DNA of 64,000 bases. Origin: Bugula neritina (taxonomy: Eukaryota; Animalia; Bryozoa). Made by a program: the position numbers and the translations under genes. The notes below the pieces were generated by a model that did no database searches, had not been told where the DNA came from, and saw only the letters and a list, made by a program, of their open reading frames with translations. Shown one piece after another: positions 1-14,286 of the stretch. The stretch lies in NCBI GenBank assembly GCA_964035545.1, contig OZ037770.1, forward strand, positions 4,000,662 to 4,064,661, given 5' to 3'. Position 1 is the first letter of the stretch. Every line of letters begins with the position of its first letter.

Positions 1-505
1 TGTTTGCGGAACTTTCACTGGGTGTTTTTGCAATGGTGTAACCTAAACACACCACTTTTTACAGTTTTTCTTTAAGATTTTTAGCCCAATATACATCAAA
101 ATTTAAGCAATTTTCTTCTGTACCTCAAATTACATAGTGTGGTCAAATTGTGTAAATATTCCGTTTAAGATTATTGTGTGAACTTTTTCTGTAACCAAAT
201 TGTACTCATACTATTATTTTCACGGTATTAATAGCTTCATGTATCTTTTGCATTTTGTTTCGATGCACTTGCATGATATTTTATTTTGCTTATTTCATTC
301 ATTTTGCTGTCCGATTCCGGACTGAAAATTTGAGATTCGAGTGCTGAGCTGGCTGACTCGAGACCGAGGCTCTTAGACATGCGATTGTGATAAAGCCATT
401 TTGGGCAGCCTCATATATGAGTGAGTTAAAAGCCCAATGCAGTCAGTGAGGACACTTCTACCAACTACCAAGGGATATTTACATCTGCTCCAAACTTAGT
501 ATTGA
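1..505 (+). repeat. Left arm of a >=500-bp inverted repeat (partner 5712-6216); runs off the window start
   Basis: 1-505 is the reverse complement of 5712-6216 with scattered mismatches (e.g. ttttgggcagcctcatatatgagtg vs cactcatatatggggctgcccaaaa). Confidence 0.9.
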
Positions 506-879
506 GTATCATAACATATTGTATATTTCAAACCTTACAAATAAAATTGTCACCAAATTTATAACTGATGATAACCATTTCATAAGTCCTTGATTTAATT
601 CCGCTCTAAAAAATATAAAACTATCAAGTTTAGAGGAGCATGGGCAGGGAGATTATTTAAGCTAACCTTGTAGATACATTTTGAGATGAGCTTTCTCTTG
701 AATAATCCGACATAGTTGTGGAATGCTGTTTCAGGCAAACAAAGCTGACGATTTCCTGGTAAGAGGAAGGTAAAGAATAATCCAGTGATATTAGTACAAG
801 AGGCAGAACTGGATGGTGAATTAGCTTCACAATGAAGGCTGTGATTCAGCTCTCCAAAAACAATTAGGCAACTGGACAG

Positions 880-3800
880 GCACCACTTGGTAGCAGGTCC
901 CACTCGCTGGTTTTCGATGAAGAATGCAATGTTGAACAGTCGGTAAAGGAGTTCCAAGAGATAGCCACCATCACCAAGTGGCGAGCACCAATAGCGCTCC
1001 TTCAACTGCCATTCTGCATGCTTGACCAGATCATGTTCTCCAGAGTGGGTATTGATGTTAACTATATTTTTTGAAACCATCTGCTCTCGATTCGAGCTGA
1101 CCACACATGATATAAAAGCCTGGTTACAGGGACTACGGCGAAAGCCTAAGACATCCTTACAGGATTATGCCAACACGGTACAGAAGCTCATCTAGGTTGC
1201 CTATGGTAACTTAGATTTTGAAACTCGACTGACTCTAGCCTTTAAAGCGTTTTGACAATTGCTCAATAATCGTGGCCAGTAGTGACATTTCCTCGTTGGT
1301 GAAATATAGGCGACCGAGGTCGCTCTGAACAGATTAAAGGCCTACTTTTGCAGCGGAGACTCTCATAGGGCTGATGGAAGTGCTCAAGAGATAGAGCTAG
1401 CATGGAGAAGAACTGCTCCAGCTACCCAGCCAAATTTTTTGGTGGCAGCCACGACCGCAGCCTCGCCGACCCTAACCAAATTTTCCATGTTACTGAAAGA
1501 AGTGAGGAGTATGCGGTAAAAACAAAAAAACACACCAGAACTACGACTAGGCTGAGCCGATCAGTAGATAACCACACTTGTATGATTTCTTCTCGCATGT
1601 ACCGTGTGCTGAAAGTCATGTTTGGTGAAAATGCCCTCAAGGAGGGGAGGCATTTTTTTTACATCCCAAGAACGGGAAGGTCTTGAATTGCATTGATGGA
1701 CAGAACATGCATTTTCTGCTACGCCACATTTTTACGACCTGGAAGGGTCCATGTTCAAGTGATGCACTGGGCAATGTCAATCAGCTAATATAAGATACCA
1801 TTCTAGACATGCTATTGCTTGAGGAGCACCAGTGTCAAATGCACTCACAGAAGTAAGCGACAATGATGGCTTGAAAAGGGTATTCTCATGTAAAAAGTTT
1901 AGCAGACCCTCACAGCACATTGCTCGGGCGCTCCCAAGGTACGTTGCTCTGCAGAGTCAACTACAGAGAAGTCTCCCAGTTGGCAGTTGTGCAAGACAAA
2001 CAGAAAAATTTAGCTGGCAAACAACCTAAAGTGGCAAAATTGTTGGGGAGAGTTTCTAGTGCAAAACACAAACATATTCTTGGAGCGAATAAAACTGATG
2101 CCTGGCTCACTGGTGAACAGGTATTACTTAATCATGCAGGCTGTTGTAGAAACACTGTTAGAGACAGCGCCTAATGACCCAAGGAGTCGAGGAGAAATTG
2201 GCAGCAGACCGATTTCGAGCCCCAACAGATGACCCGCAACTCTATGAGTACTATGCGTACCGGCACATTATCACAATCGACATTCTGAATGGCCAGTTTT
2301 TTGTGTACTGATGCTCAGGACATGGTAGCATTCACTTCAGTAAAGCAGGCTCTAGAAGTGAAAAGTGCTGCCATTTGCACAAACTTCTGATCCAAACCCT
2401 ATCTAATACAACATGGAGTAGCTTCTCAGTAGGCTAAACTAGAAGACAATGCTCCTTTATCTGGATGATGTCTTTGCAATCTCTGCAGACTTACAGACTT
2501 ATATCAGTTGCCTGTTGGAATGCTAATACTAATGGAATACTATTGCTAGTGACTATACCGTAGCGGTGCTGTGCTGTTCAAAATGCAGGGTGAAAATAGT
2601 GTGTTGGTAGCCTATTACAACAAGGCTCTCTCAATCGCCAACAAAAACTACTGCACTACCAGGAAGGTACTCCAGGCAGGGGTCAAGGTGGGGAACAATT
2701 TTCTGTCATATTTCTCAGAAAAACATTCAGGCTACAAACTGACCCCGTGTTACTTATATGGCTGTGTAAGTGAGCTGAACCTTTTAGCCAATTTGCTCGT
2801 TGCCGGGAAATTCTTAAAGAATTTGCAGGCCGTTTTGAGTGTTGTGCTAGTAAGGAGGCGGAAAACACCGAATAATTAAGGGGTTGTTTGGAAAAGAGCT
2901 GCAAGCAGTGCCTGCATATTTGAGGCATGACAGGGAGCTTCCTTTGTCTGATGTTGAATATTAGCTAAGAAAGGCATGCACGTATAGCTGAAAACAGGGT
3001 TGCCTGCGGTCCAGCGCTCATTCTGATTTTATCCATGCTCTCTAAACCAGCCCATCCTGTCCAGGAATGTCAAGCACTTGTGCCAATTTCAAGAAACCCA
3101 ACCTCTTGTGGTAGTGAAAATATTCCGGGTCAAGAAGGAAGGACGATAATTCAGTAAAGACAAACTGTGGTAAAAAGGTGTTGAGTTTCATCAGTTTTGC
3201 CGCTGCTGTGACTTTCTTAATCCCAATGCAGACGAATGTTTGCCCATTTCCTTGGCAGCTTACATTCCTCAACATGAACGAAAATAGATGCTAGTCTTAT
3301 AACATTGCCAACAGGAGTTGATCTAGAAGACTCACAATCTGGCATTCATACATGAGAGTCGAATAAGCAGCTTATTACAACCCCTTTTTAGAGGCTGTAC
3401 TATCCTGTGATAATACGGAGAGATTTCCTGGGTATCTGGCAGTATGATGTTGCGATGGGGTGGAGGATAGATCATTGAATGTGATTCTTCAGAGAACATT
3501 GCAAACTACCACTACTACTAGATAATGCTCAGTCCTGAAGTTTGGCTAGCACCGGACTCACTAAATAGCCTGATTGCCTGAGCAGAAGATTACCAAAGAA
3601 ATAATCGCTTGACGACCCCTAAACACATGGGCCATTCACTTCGCTAGTGGAAGCAAAGCAAGCCACACATACTCAATCTGTTCTTGACAACTTCATTATG
3701 AAAACTACACCAGACCGTGTGGATATGGAAGAAAACTAAAAGATCATGGAAGGCAAGTCTCTAAGATTGAGTACACTTCTAGTATCAAAGAACAGTCTTT

Positions 3801-4560
3801 TAAGGAACAGTAACAACAGTCTAGACTCCATCCAACAAATTGAGTTGGATGACTTGCTGAGTCATGCTTGTAGATCTGTAGAGTTGGGACTGGAGTCAAA
3901 TATAAATTACTATATATTAAACTAAAATAACGACAGCGGTGCCACCACTCTTGCCCAAAAGCCAACTGTGTCTGGGCAGTCCTCTTTTAGGAAGAGTATG
4001 GCGATCAACGAGAATATTTGGTAAAGCCAGCTGTCACATGAACAGTTTTTTGAGAAATTCCGAGAACTGGTTGCACGCCATGTTGTCAACCCTGGAAGTG
4101 GGAGTTGTTATTTCAGAGTCTTCTCCTTAACCGCCTAGCTTAAGGAGTTGATAGACTCTCACAACAGAGAGCAATTCCTATTTTTCCCTGACACCCAGAC
4201 CACGCAAGTAGTAGTAAAGAGATAACAAGACAATAAGAAAGATGACGATAATGCACGCTTCAGACCAGCAGACAGGCCAACAGGCAACGCTAGCCAGGAT
4301 TTAGCGGCAAGGGCAGAATGAAGGCAAAAAGTGTTGCCAACAGGAGGCAGGTCTTAAGCCAAGGCGCCCAGCATCCTTGTATAATGTTGAAAAACTCTTT
4401 AGGATATTGTGACAGCAAGCAAAAGCACTGGTAGGAGAGATGGAGACCATTTCTTGAAGACTGAACGCCTACAGAAGAGATTGAGCAAATGCGGTGCCTG
4501 TTACGGGCTGTCAGGGCCACTGTGCTAAGAAGTGCTTTGTCTCAGTGGGTTCAAGAAACT
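880..4560 (+). mobile_element. Decayed Ty3/Gypsy LTR retrotransposon (gag, pol and ORF3 remnants); ends approximate
   Basis: + strand from ~910 reads NVEQSVKEFQEIATITKWRAPIALLQL...LQGLRRKPKTSLQDYANTVQKL, alignable to the Gag at 58875-59741. 2571-2680 gives RNase H-like VAYYNKALSIANKNYCTTRKVL. Many stops and frameshifts. Confidence 0.85.
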
Positions 4561-4769
4561 CATGACACAAAATTTGTTACTTGTGCGTGAGTATTACATA
4601 TAAATCTTATTCATTATTTGTGCAGTGCATTTTTATTTTTACTCAACCTCCTGGTGGTTTTTTTTATTTTTGTTTCCTTAACTCGGGAAGGGGGTGCTTT
4701 CAAATGAAAAAAATGTGTGGTGAAATTGTTGTACATATTTCCAATTTGTGTCATTGCGCAAATTTCTTT

Positions 4770-4773
<4 letters not shown>

Positions 4774-4839
<66 letters not shown>
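4774..4839. repeat. (TA)n microsatellite
   Basis: Direct inspection. Confidence 0.95.
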
Positions 4840-5622
4840 CATAGGTGACTTGTGCTCGCTGCTCAACTACGGTCGCGTGCTCTCTCAAAGTAGTCTTAGG
4901 ATTCCTCCTAAGTCCTTGGAGTTGCACACGCGCATCTTGAGCGGTGAGCCCAAACCGGGCTCTCAACGCATCACAGATGTTGCCGACATCTTGACCCACC
5001 CCATAAGGTTTGGCTGGCCCTGTCAGGCATAACCGCAGCTGTATCAGAGTAACCCTGGAAGGCCATCGACAGATGGCTGCCACATCACTGAATTAAGTGA
5101 TAAATTACTCCACATCCCTTTCTCCTGAAAATATGGGAGCCCGAAATTGATACCTGTCCATAGGCAGCGCTAGGCCTCCTATGACATCTTCCATAGCTGC
5201 TTGCTTGACTTGCTCCTGACGGGGTATGTCCTTTTTGTCGGCCATCTTTTCCTACTCTTTGGTTATGAGCATTGGCTTTAAATTAATCCCACTGCTGCCA
5301 CCACTGTTGTGAAACTGCGAATTCACGAATTATTTGAGTGTTTGAAGTAATGCAACACCGCCAAGTTAAAGTAGATTAAATGCATTTATTTAGTGCCAAA
5401 ATACAAAAGTAAAACTATACAATAACTACAAAAACACACTACATAATTCAGACAGAGCATAAATAACCTAACTATAACTAATCCGCTGTCTGACTGCTGG
5501 CTTACAAGTGTGATAGCTGTCAGCTTTAATTACTAAGCTCCTCCCATTGTCCATAGCGTATGTTAGTAGCGTAGTATGCCGATACTAGAAGGCCGAGTAG
5601 ATGATGGGCGCTGCGCATTACA
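4840..5622 (-). mobile_element. Truncated Ty3/Gypsy 5' fragment: LTR (~5305-5622), tRNA-Leu PBS (5286-5303), start of gag
   Basis: ORF 4751-5083 RWPSRVTLIQLRLCLTGPAKPYGVGQDV...LRRNPKTTL matches the Gag of the 52.6-60 kb element. PBS TGGTGGCAGCAGTGGGAT lies next to an LTR end. Distal LTR boundary approximate. Confidence 0.85.
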
Positions 5623-5711
5623 ATAACACAGAAGGAGCAGAAGAGTTGTCCTTTCGATGCACCTAATAAGATAACTCTGTACACAAAACTCTTTACAATA
5701 TCTTCTGGTCT

Positions 5712-6216
5712 TCAATACTAAATTTGGAGCAGATGCAAATATCTCTTGGTAGTTGGTAAAAGTGTGTTCACTGTCTTCATTGGACTTTTAATTCACTCAT
5801 ATATGGGGCTGCCCAAAATGGCTTTACCACAATCGCATGTCTAAGAGCCTCGGTTCCGAGTCGGCCAGCTCAGCACTCAAATCTCGAATTTTCAGTCCGG
5901 AATCGGACAGCGCAATGAATGAAATAAGCAAAACAAAATATCATGCAAGTGCATCGAAACAACATGCAAAAGATACATGAAGCTATTATTACCGTGAAAA
6001 TAATAGTACGAGTACAACTTGGTTACAGAAAAAGTTCACACAATAATCTTAAACGGAATATTTACACAATTTAACCACACTATGTAATTTGAGGTGCATA
6101 AGAAATTTTCTTACATTTTGATGCATATTGGGCTAAATATTGTGAAGAAAAACTGTGAAAAGTTGCGTGTTGAGGTTGCTAGATTGCAATAACACCCAGT
6201 GAAAGTTCAACAAACA
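5712..6216 (-). repeat. Right arm of the inverted repeat (partner 1-505)
   Basis: Reverse-complement match to the window start. Confidence 0.9.
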
Positions 6217-6670
6217 ACCAGCAATCACATGAACAACATGTGGCCTTGTTTACGAGTTTAGTTGTTGCAAAAATCAGAATTAACATCAAATTCATGTAAA
6301 ATAATAATTTACAAAAAATGCAAAATTGCTATTATAGATCTGTAATTAAATTTTATTCCAATGGCACCCAGAGCTTATATCACTGCAGATACCATGAATA
6401 GGATTGAACAGGCTTGGGCTACCTCTGTCTTGAATAATAGTACAAGGTCTTGTTCAAATGGCTACAAGGAACTCTAACTACCCTTTCTTAAATAAGCAGT
6501 CCATGCCCAACAGTTGAGCTGACCAGTGATAGATTCAAATATTAAGTTGATAAAAAATTAGAGTAAGAAATGTGTAATATTTTGAAAGAGTCACTGAAAT
6601 ATGTTTACTTTTTTGCTTTTGAAAACTTTTTATATTTATCTACCTATATATTATCTACCTATGTATTATT

Positions 6671-6671
<1 letters not shown>

Positions 6672-6747
<76 letters not shown>

Positions 6748-6751
6748 ATAT
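6672..6751. repeat. Imperfect (TA)n microsatellite
   Basis: Direct inspection. Confidence 0.9.
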
Positions 6752-9319
6752 TATATTAATTTGTTAATTTACTAAAATAGTTTATTCATTATTTGTTATA
6801 TCAGTAGTTTACTGCCTTGAAACATTGTCTGCATGTTCATTATTGTTAAAATATCAATTGCCATCTTTGTTATCATAAGATCAAATAACAAAATGTCATC
6901 AAATTAAAATTAAAAATGAAAACATTCCACTTTATCTATTGCTGCAGTTCACTCATTGCATTATACAAATAGATTTTTCATTAACCGAATGGAAATAGTT
7001 ATATATTGACGGAAACCACCACCACCACAAGTTAAAGCTAACTGCAAGCACAAAATTTGTGTTTGTAATTATTGTATACCCGGCATCCATTCACATAATA
7101 GCAGTCATGGAAATGCAGTGTATGACACTTGTTCAGTTACCTATATTCCTATATAGCAGCTGACATGGTATAACAACTAGGCATATATAATCAATGACTG
7201 ATAGCACTGCAAAGGTACAGATTATCTATATATAATAATCTGCATTGGCATTAGGCCCAATATAAACAAATATTTTAGATAAGATGGTACAGTAGCAAAG
7301 CTACCACTAATAATGACTAACGTAATAATAGCACGGGTAATAATGGCAGACGTAATAATGACAGAATCGAAAAAATACGTAGATATGGCACACCTATGTT
7401 TAAGTTACCCAAACTCAACTTCCAAACTCAAAGCTCCAATCACAAAGCAAATCCCCAACCTAAATTCCCCCATCTCAATCTCAAACTTTTACCTACCCCT
7501 TTAATTGTTACATAAGCAATGTTGATTTTTACTATCTTTTTTTTACACGTGCAATTTTATACAGACACGATAAACACCAGAGCTACACTAAGCATAGTTT
7601 TATAATCATTAATTATCACCTTTTTCAATGGAAAATTATGTTTCTGAAATTTACATACTAATGCTCCTATAAAAGAAACACATTAAAATACTATAAACAA
7701 TCAAGTTCATAATGATACCAATATTCACACATTTTTGATTATTAACACATGTAAATGATTAAGGTCAAAATATTATTACCAAATATTTATATTTAACTTA
7801 TATAAGATAATTAGATTTCGTATTACTAACTTCAAGTAGTATCATTCATGTTTTGATCTAAACTATTGCTACTCGTATCTACCTCCAAATCAACATCGCC
7901 AGACAGGTATAATTGGTTGTTGAGACTAACTTGTTATAGAGGCATGCTCTACTCTGATTCTTATCTCTAATAGTCGATATGTCAATAAAACTCTTGTTTG
8001 CTTAAAACATTGAACACTGCATAGTGGTTTAAGACACTTACTCATAACTGGGTTAAATACTGTGCCTTTAATCTAACTGATAACAGTAGAAAGCTGCACG
8101 TTACATTGTATGCTATTAGGCGCTGTCTAAACTTAACTGATTTACCATATTTACCCTGACCTCTATGCTTGTAGAAAACACCCAGCCTATTACTATAGCT
8201 GGTCTAGTGCAGAATTGTATGTTTTTATTCATCATGTTTTCACCTCTGACTTTTGATTTACATTTGTACTTTAAATGATGAATTAAGCTTTGTTAGAATT
8301 TTCTGGTTGCAAAAATCAATCCAATTTATAGATTATAGTGGAGGTAGGTACAGTACAATATAGAATATAGTGGAGGTAGGTACAGTATAATGGGGAAATA
8401 GAGAAAAGCCTGTGTACTCTAAATTGGAAATGTAACAATAAAAGTTATGTTTTTGCAAAAATTTTAATTTTCGCCCCAAACCAAAATCTTTGAAGAAAGT
8501 GTAAGAACTTAACCAATCTAATTTTCTCCACCACAGCACCTAAATGTTATAGTAAGCATTTCGTTTAAATTTTCAAATGTAATAAGTAGATATAAATTAT
8601 TCAGCAAAGTTTTGGCAGTAAATGAAACATGATGAATTTATGTTTTTGAAATGTTATTTTAAACTCACCGCTTTAACCTAATGAAGCATAACCTTGAAAG
8701 TTTGGAAATCTAGATGTAAGCTCTATACTTACATGTTTAAATTAATAGCTAATACGCTAGTTAGTAATTACGTACAGTTGCCATGGAGTGCATTAATTAA
8801 TGAAACGTTGTTGTAAATTGATCTAAATTTGTTTGACGAAATAAATTGTAACTCCAGCTTTGTTTTCCGCTCATCTGCACCAAAATTTTGCTCTGAAAAA
8901 GTACAATATTTTCAGCCAACAGTTTACATATAACGTGTTGTTTAAATTATTATAGCATACATAATACAATTATTGTTTTGAGAAAACGTATTGTCTTGAG
9001 CAGCAAAGTTGCAATATGGAATGTCTTCAGAAACTGTTTTAAATTTTTGTCCTAGAAAAACCTTACCTTCAATTATTCAAAGGTTTTATTACAGGGCAAT
9101 ATAAGTTTTTGCTTATCTCAATAAGTAATAAACTAGTTGGTGATATAGTTGCCATGAAATTGTTTATTACCCTCATTATAAAATGTCAAAACAGCACTTA
9201 AATTCTTACATGCCCTCACATACAGATATGCTGTTTTTATGAGCACAGTAAATATAATGTAAGCACGTAACAAAGATTACAGTTGTTGGACTAGAATCTA
9301 AACATATAATTAAAAATTT

Positions 9320-10240
9320 TAGAGCAAGTTTGTCAAATAGTCTCTCAATATAATGTAAAATTTCACCTGTCAACTATATAATACCATCTTGAGACTAGCA
9401 GTGGAACACATATCAATAATAATTGCTGGCAGGCTATAGAACTATTCACTCTATAAACGCTATAATATGCCAATCATACAAACATATAATAGTTTACTGA
9501 GTAAATAAGCATACTTGCACTAATAACGTGCTGTTACACTTTATTAGTTATTTTTGTGCTAATGATTACGTGATATGAGAAGGCTTTTATATTATAGGAA
9601 GAAATATGACATACACTCTAAGTTTTGAAGCCATGGCGTAATTTCATGCCTAGTCTTCTATATAAGCTATGTAATCTAAGTAATTTATAAGGGCAAATGT
9701 ATGTTTTCAATCAATAATGTATTATAATATTATCTTATTAAATGATATAAAAAACCCAACTATAAATACAAAGCACCTCGAAACATGAATTAGAGCAAGT
9801 TATTCAAATAGTCTCGTTAATTGATTGCATATGAAATTTTGCCTGTCAACTGTATAATACCATTTTGAGACTAGCAGTGGAACACAATCAATTGCTTCTA
9901 ATCAGCTATAGAACTATTTATTTTAACATTGTAATATGTCAGTCATGAACATATAGGCTGACTGAGTAAATAAGCATAATTATATGCACTAATAACTTGC
10001 TGTTACTCATTATTAGTTATTTCTGTGCTGAGTACATGATGAAAGGTTTTTATGTTGTAGGAAGAACTATGAGATATATGCACTTTGAGTTTTAAAGCCA
10101 TGGAGCGATTTCATGCCTTCGAATGCAGCCATGCAGTTTTCTATAACATAAGCTCTATATAATATTATCTTATTAACTGATATGAAAAACCCAACTATAG
10201 ATACAAAGCGTTTCGAAACATGAACTATAGAGCAAATATA
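9320..10240 (+). repeat. Diverged tandem duplication, ~470-bp unit (9320-9790, 9791-10240), partial third copy ~11695-11890
   Basis: Shared blocks ctgtcaact..taataccat.ttgagactagcagtggaacaca and aaaaacccaactata.atacaaagc in both units. Confidence 0.8.
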
Positions 10241-12903
10241 TAAGCAAAGGCTGCCTAATAACAATAACTTTACAACTTTGTCACCATTATTTCCCAAAAC
10301 AATGAGATAATATTAATAAAGTTTAATCTTATTGCAATGTTTAAACGTTCAAATATAGCAAAGTAAATAATACTTGTTGAAATAAACTTCCAGCTTTGTT
10401 GAATTTAATGTTATAAGAGTCACTTAAATTGTTCAGCACAAAAACAAAGTAGAATCGCCAGTATTGCTACTCAAAAACAATGGTGAATTAAGCAAAGAGA
10501 CAGGGAGTTTGCAAATAATGCAGTCTATATTCAATAAAAAACTGTGCTTGCTATAATAGGCAGTAGCAAACTGATTGCTACTAACGTATTTAGGTTGGAG
10601 CGCACTGATAATAACTTACAAAGAAACTTACGCTAATGGCAAAGATATTCTCTCAAAAAATTAAATTGTTAGTTTGAGACTCTAATTATACTGGTTACAT
10701 AAACATATAAACAACAATATAATTATAGTCTATAAGTTATAAGTTATATTATGTATGAGTAAAAGTTCAGAATAATGCTCTTTTGTATTTGAAAAAATCA
10801 ATACTTAAGGAATTTTTTTAAAACTGAAACCAATTTTCTAATAAGTTAACGTTAAAATTTAAAACAACCAATTGAGTTCTACAAAAGTTAGTTTTGATTA
10901 GTTAAATTTCTTTGACCTTGACAAGTATTCTCCTATAGCTTTACTAAAATAGGCTTTTACCTTATAAATAACGTAATGACAAATATACACTTATGAGAAG
11001 TGTTCCCATATACAGAATTACAGAAGCATGTTTTATCAATGTTGTTTTCTGATTTTTGAGTAAAATACACCAAATGTATGTTACAAATTGAAACAAAAGT
11101 CTTACCAGCCTCTTTAGTCTTTGTCCATATTGTTGAGTTTGACTGGAACTGGAAGTCAGAAATGGCGGCTTGTTAACTCTCAGCGAGGTGTGATTGAGAT
11201 GTGACCAGCTGCTGAGTGGTGAAGATAATGATTGGTTGTTGAGACTAACTGGTCATAGAGACATGCTTTACCCTCGTGATTCTTATCTCTGCTAGTCAAT
11301 ATGTCAATAAACCTCTTGTTTGTTTAAAGGCTCTATCACTGTGAGAAACTGGTGGTGCAGTGTTTGCCCATAACTTATTGGCACTTATATCGACTATTGA
11401 AAAGTAATATTTGAGTGTTATCAATGATCGCTCATATTAATAACTAATAAACTAGTTAGTAATAGTTGCTATGAAGTCTTTTATTAACTTATTATAAGTT
11501 CAAACTGACATTCAACAAGTTACCAAACATAAACTGATATGCGACCTCTACAAGAGCAGTGAGAATAATATAAACACTTAAGATGACTATAGACTGCACT
11601 TGCATTTAGCCTGCAATCTAACAACTTCATTATCAAAAATTAGGATGTCCAGATTGTTGTTTAAGTACACAAGTTTATAAAATGTGGCCTAATAACTTAT
11701 ACCATCTGGAGACTATATAGCAGTGAAACACAAATCAGTAATATTTGCTATAACAGACTGGAACCATTTATTATATCACTATAATTATAGTCATATAAAC
11801 CTGACTGAATAAATATTGTAAGCATATCGCTAATAGTTAAATGTTAGATGTCATTGGTTATTTCTCTGCTGATGACATAATAAGAAGACAAATCATGACT
11901 GCTAAACCCTTAAAATTGTACCCGTGGAATGAAGCTTCTTTTCAGATAATTAGGCCGAGTTTCTATCACCCACATTTAATTACCACTACCATCCTTCACG
12001 TCATGCAAACAATATTATGATCACTAATTTTTTTTTAAAAAAAATACAACAAAGTTAATGAAAAATATGTACAAGTATAGTAATCTAGAGAAAATTTTGC
12101 AAATTTGCTCAATCGTGTCAGCCTATTTAATTTCGTTGTCATATTGCAGTGTTGAGGTTTCAATTGGAATTGTTTGCAAAATTAAACCACTGCTTCTTCC
12201 TCTCAGTTAATGGTAATGCCAAGTGATTGTTGTTATACAAAATATGGGCCAATTAGAAACATGTACCAATTTCACCATAAACCATGCAGTCATAGTGTGC
12301 AAATTCAGCTGCAAAATACACCTCATCCTTTTATGTAAATTGTTTATTTGAAGCCTTTGTAAATTGTTGTTCGAAAGTTCCAAATTTCAACTTACAAAGT
12401 AAAAGTACGTAAAGTGACTATATATAAGCTGTAATTCTATAAATACAGGATCCTGTGTTTTTGATTTCTATTATGTAATGTACAGCCTTGAAGTTAGCCT
12501 ATAAACAATTATTACTATAGTAGAAGCAGGTATAATATTTTATCACTTGGGTTCCAATAAAATAAAGCCTGTGGTTTAGCATAATTTGCTGCACTTGTGC
12601 TTGTATAACTTTTAGAACCTTTCTAGAATATTCTGACTGCAGAAATAATTAATGCTATAAACTCTTTAAAGTCAAATATAATGTGTCAGCAGTACCAGTA
12701 GTTAGTGTAACCTATGAAAAGAATTAGCCTTTACCATGCATAGCAGAAAAAATACAGTGCCTGGCCAATATTGTTGTAAAAGTATGAACCAAATTATTAA
12801 ATAATCTTCAAACACTAAAGTTGAGTGCTAACAATGTTTGTCTATACTATAAATATGTAATAAACTGATAGTTGCTATGAGTATAATATTTACTAACCTA
12901 TTG

Positions 12904-12978
12904 TAAAATTTAAATGACACTTAGCTGGCTTCTACTCATAATATGAGTAGAAGCCAGCTAAGTGTCACTTAAATTTTA
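12904..12978. repeat. Near-perfect palindrome, 37-bp arms, 1-nt spacer, one mismatch
   Basis: taaaatttaaatgacacttagctggcttctactcata-a-tatgagtagaagccagctaagtgtcacttaaatttta. Confidence 0.95.
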
Positions 12979-13517
12979 TATTATACTGATGTTATACTGA
13001 TATGCTATCTTTATGAAAATAGTGTTCATATAATATACTATGAATACCTAATTATAATCAGAGCCATTTCAAAAATTTAAACCCACACTCAAAGACAAAT
13101 TTAAAAAGACAAAACTTGAAAATGTAGCCCATTCACATTTTTACTGAACCTTGAAACATTAAAGCGGGTTTGAACCAGAATTGTCTGTATTAACTTCTGT
13201 CATCTTGATTATATAGCAATAGAACACATTGCAGTAAGAATCGACAACATGCCTCAACTAGTATTAGCACTGAAGTGTGAGTAACCAAGTGCGATCTTTA
13301 TATATACACATTGTTGTTTGAACTCTGAAGCCCTGAAATAATGCTCTGTGTCACCTCCAGTTTGGTGCTGCTTCTAGTATCATTGATCGGCTAATTTAGC
13401 TAATAACTATAGTAACTAGCTGTTCAAGTTTATTAGCTTAGGCTTCCAAAACCTAGAATTTGGCTGTTGGTTAATAAACTTCAAAACGTAGATACAACTT
13501 ATAAATTTAGACTTTAA

Positions 13518-14286
13518 AGGATTGCTCTATCTTGTCTAATAAATGGCCATTTAGGTCAAACACACATAATATTGTGTTTTTCTAAGCATGCATTGACAAA
13601 AAGCATTTGACCAAAGGTAGAAAAAGTTAGTTGAAGTTGAGGGTGTAGATTGGTAACAGCCAAAACGCTGATTTTGAAATGAGCTGGGAAATGTGACGTA
13701 ACAGCGCCAGCATTCCTGCTGGTCACGTGACTATACAAATGAATAACTATAGAAATATGACTGTGAGATGTGATCTTTCAGCTCGTAATTTGTATATTTA
13801 TAGAAGTGCAAATGTGAATTCTCTTAATCTATAGTTTTTTGACATTTTAAATAACATGTATGTAATAACATTAGGCTATATTTTGCTTGTAACCATTAGA
13901 AAAAAGCATTGCAAAAGCATGCATTCTTTAGGATGAATGCCTGCGATCGATCTAAACTAGGTCAGATTGTGCAATGTTACGGGCGCACCAAAGCTGACCT
14001 ATATAGCGCACTGTAACTGCTTGAGCGTTATTGGTTGATATTGTGCTCAGCAACCTTGAATACTAGCGTTATAGTTAGCACGTGCAGCATAGTTACTGGC
14101 GTTCACACGTCACGTTTTAGGCTATTCTTTTTCATGGCTGAAAATTTTACCGCCCTCAAAATTGGAATTTTGAAAAGCTGTTTTCTAGGCACATATCCCT
14201 TTGCAAAGTCACAATTGTTTGCATACACATTAAATTATAGTTCATAATTATAATGTGATTGTAATAAACTAAGATTGAGCAATCCT
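13518..14286. mobile_element. Non-autonomous Kolobok-like DNA transposon
   Basis: TIRs aggattgctctatctt / aagattgagcaatcct flanked by TTAA at 13514-13517 and 14287-14290. TTAA TSD with RR termini is the Kolobok pattern. Confidence 0.75.

Noticed and set aside
595-1104. 169-aa minus-strand ORF
   Set aside because: Antisense to the decayed + strand gag.
4581-5032. YI-repeat ORFs (also near 6.6, 14.7 and 60.5 kb)
   Set aside because: (TA)n microsatellite translations.
10255-10297. KVVKLLLLG, like a G-protein beta-1 strand
   Set aside because: No P-loop follows, and the ORF runs into a non-coding tandem duplication.
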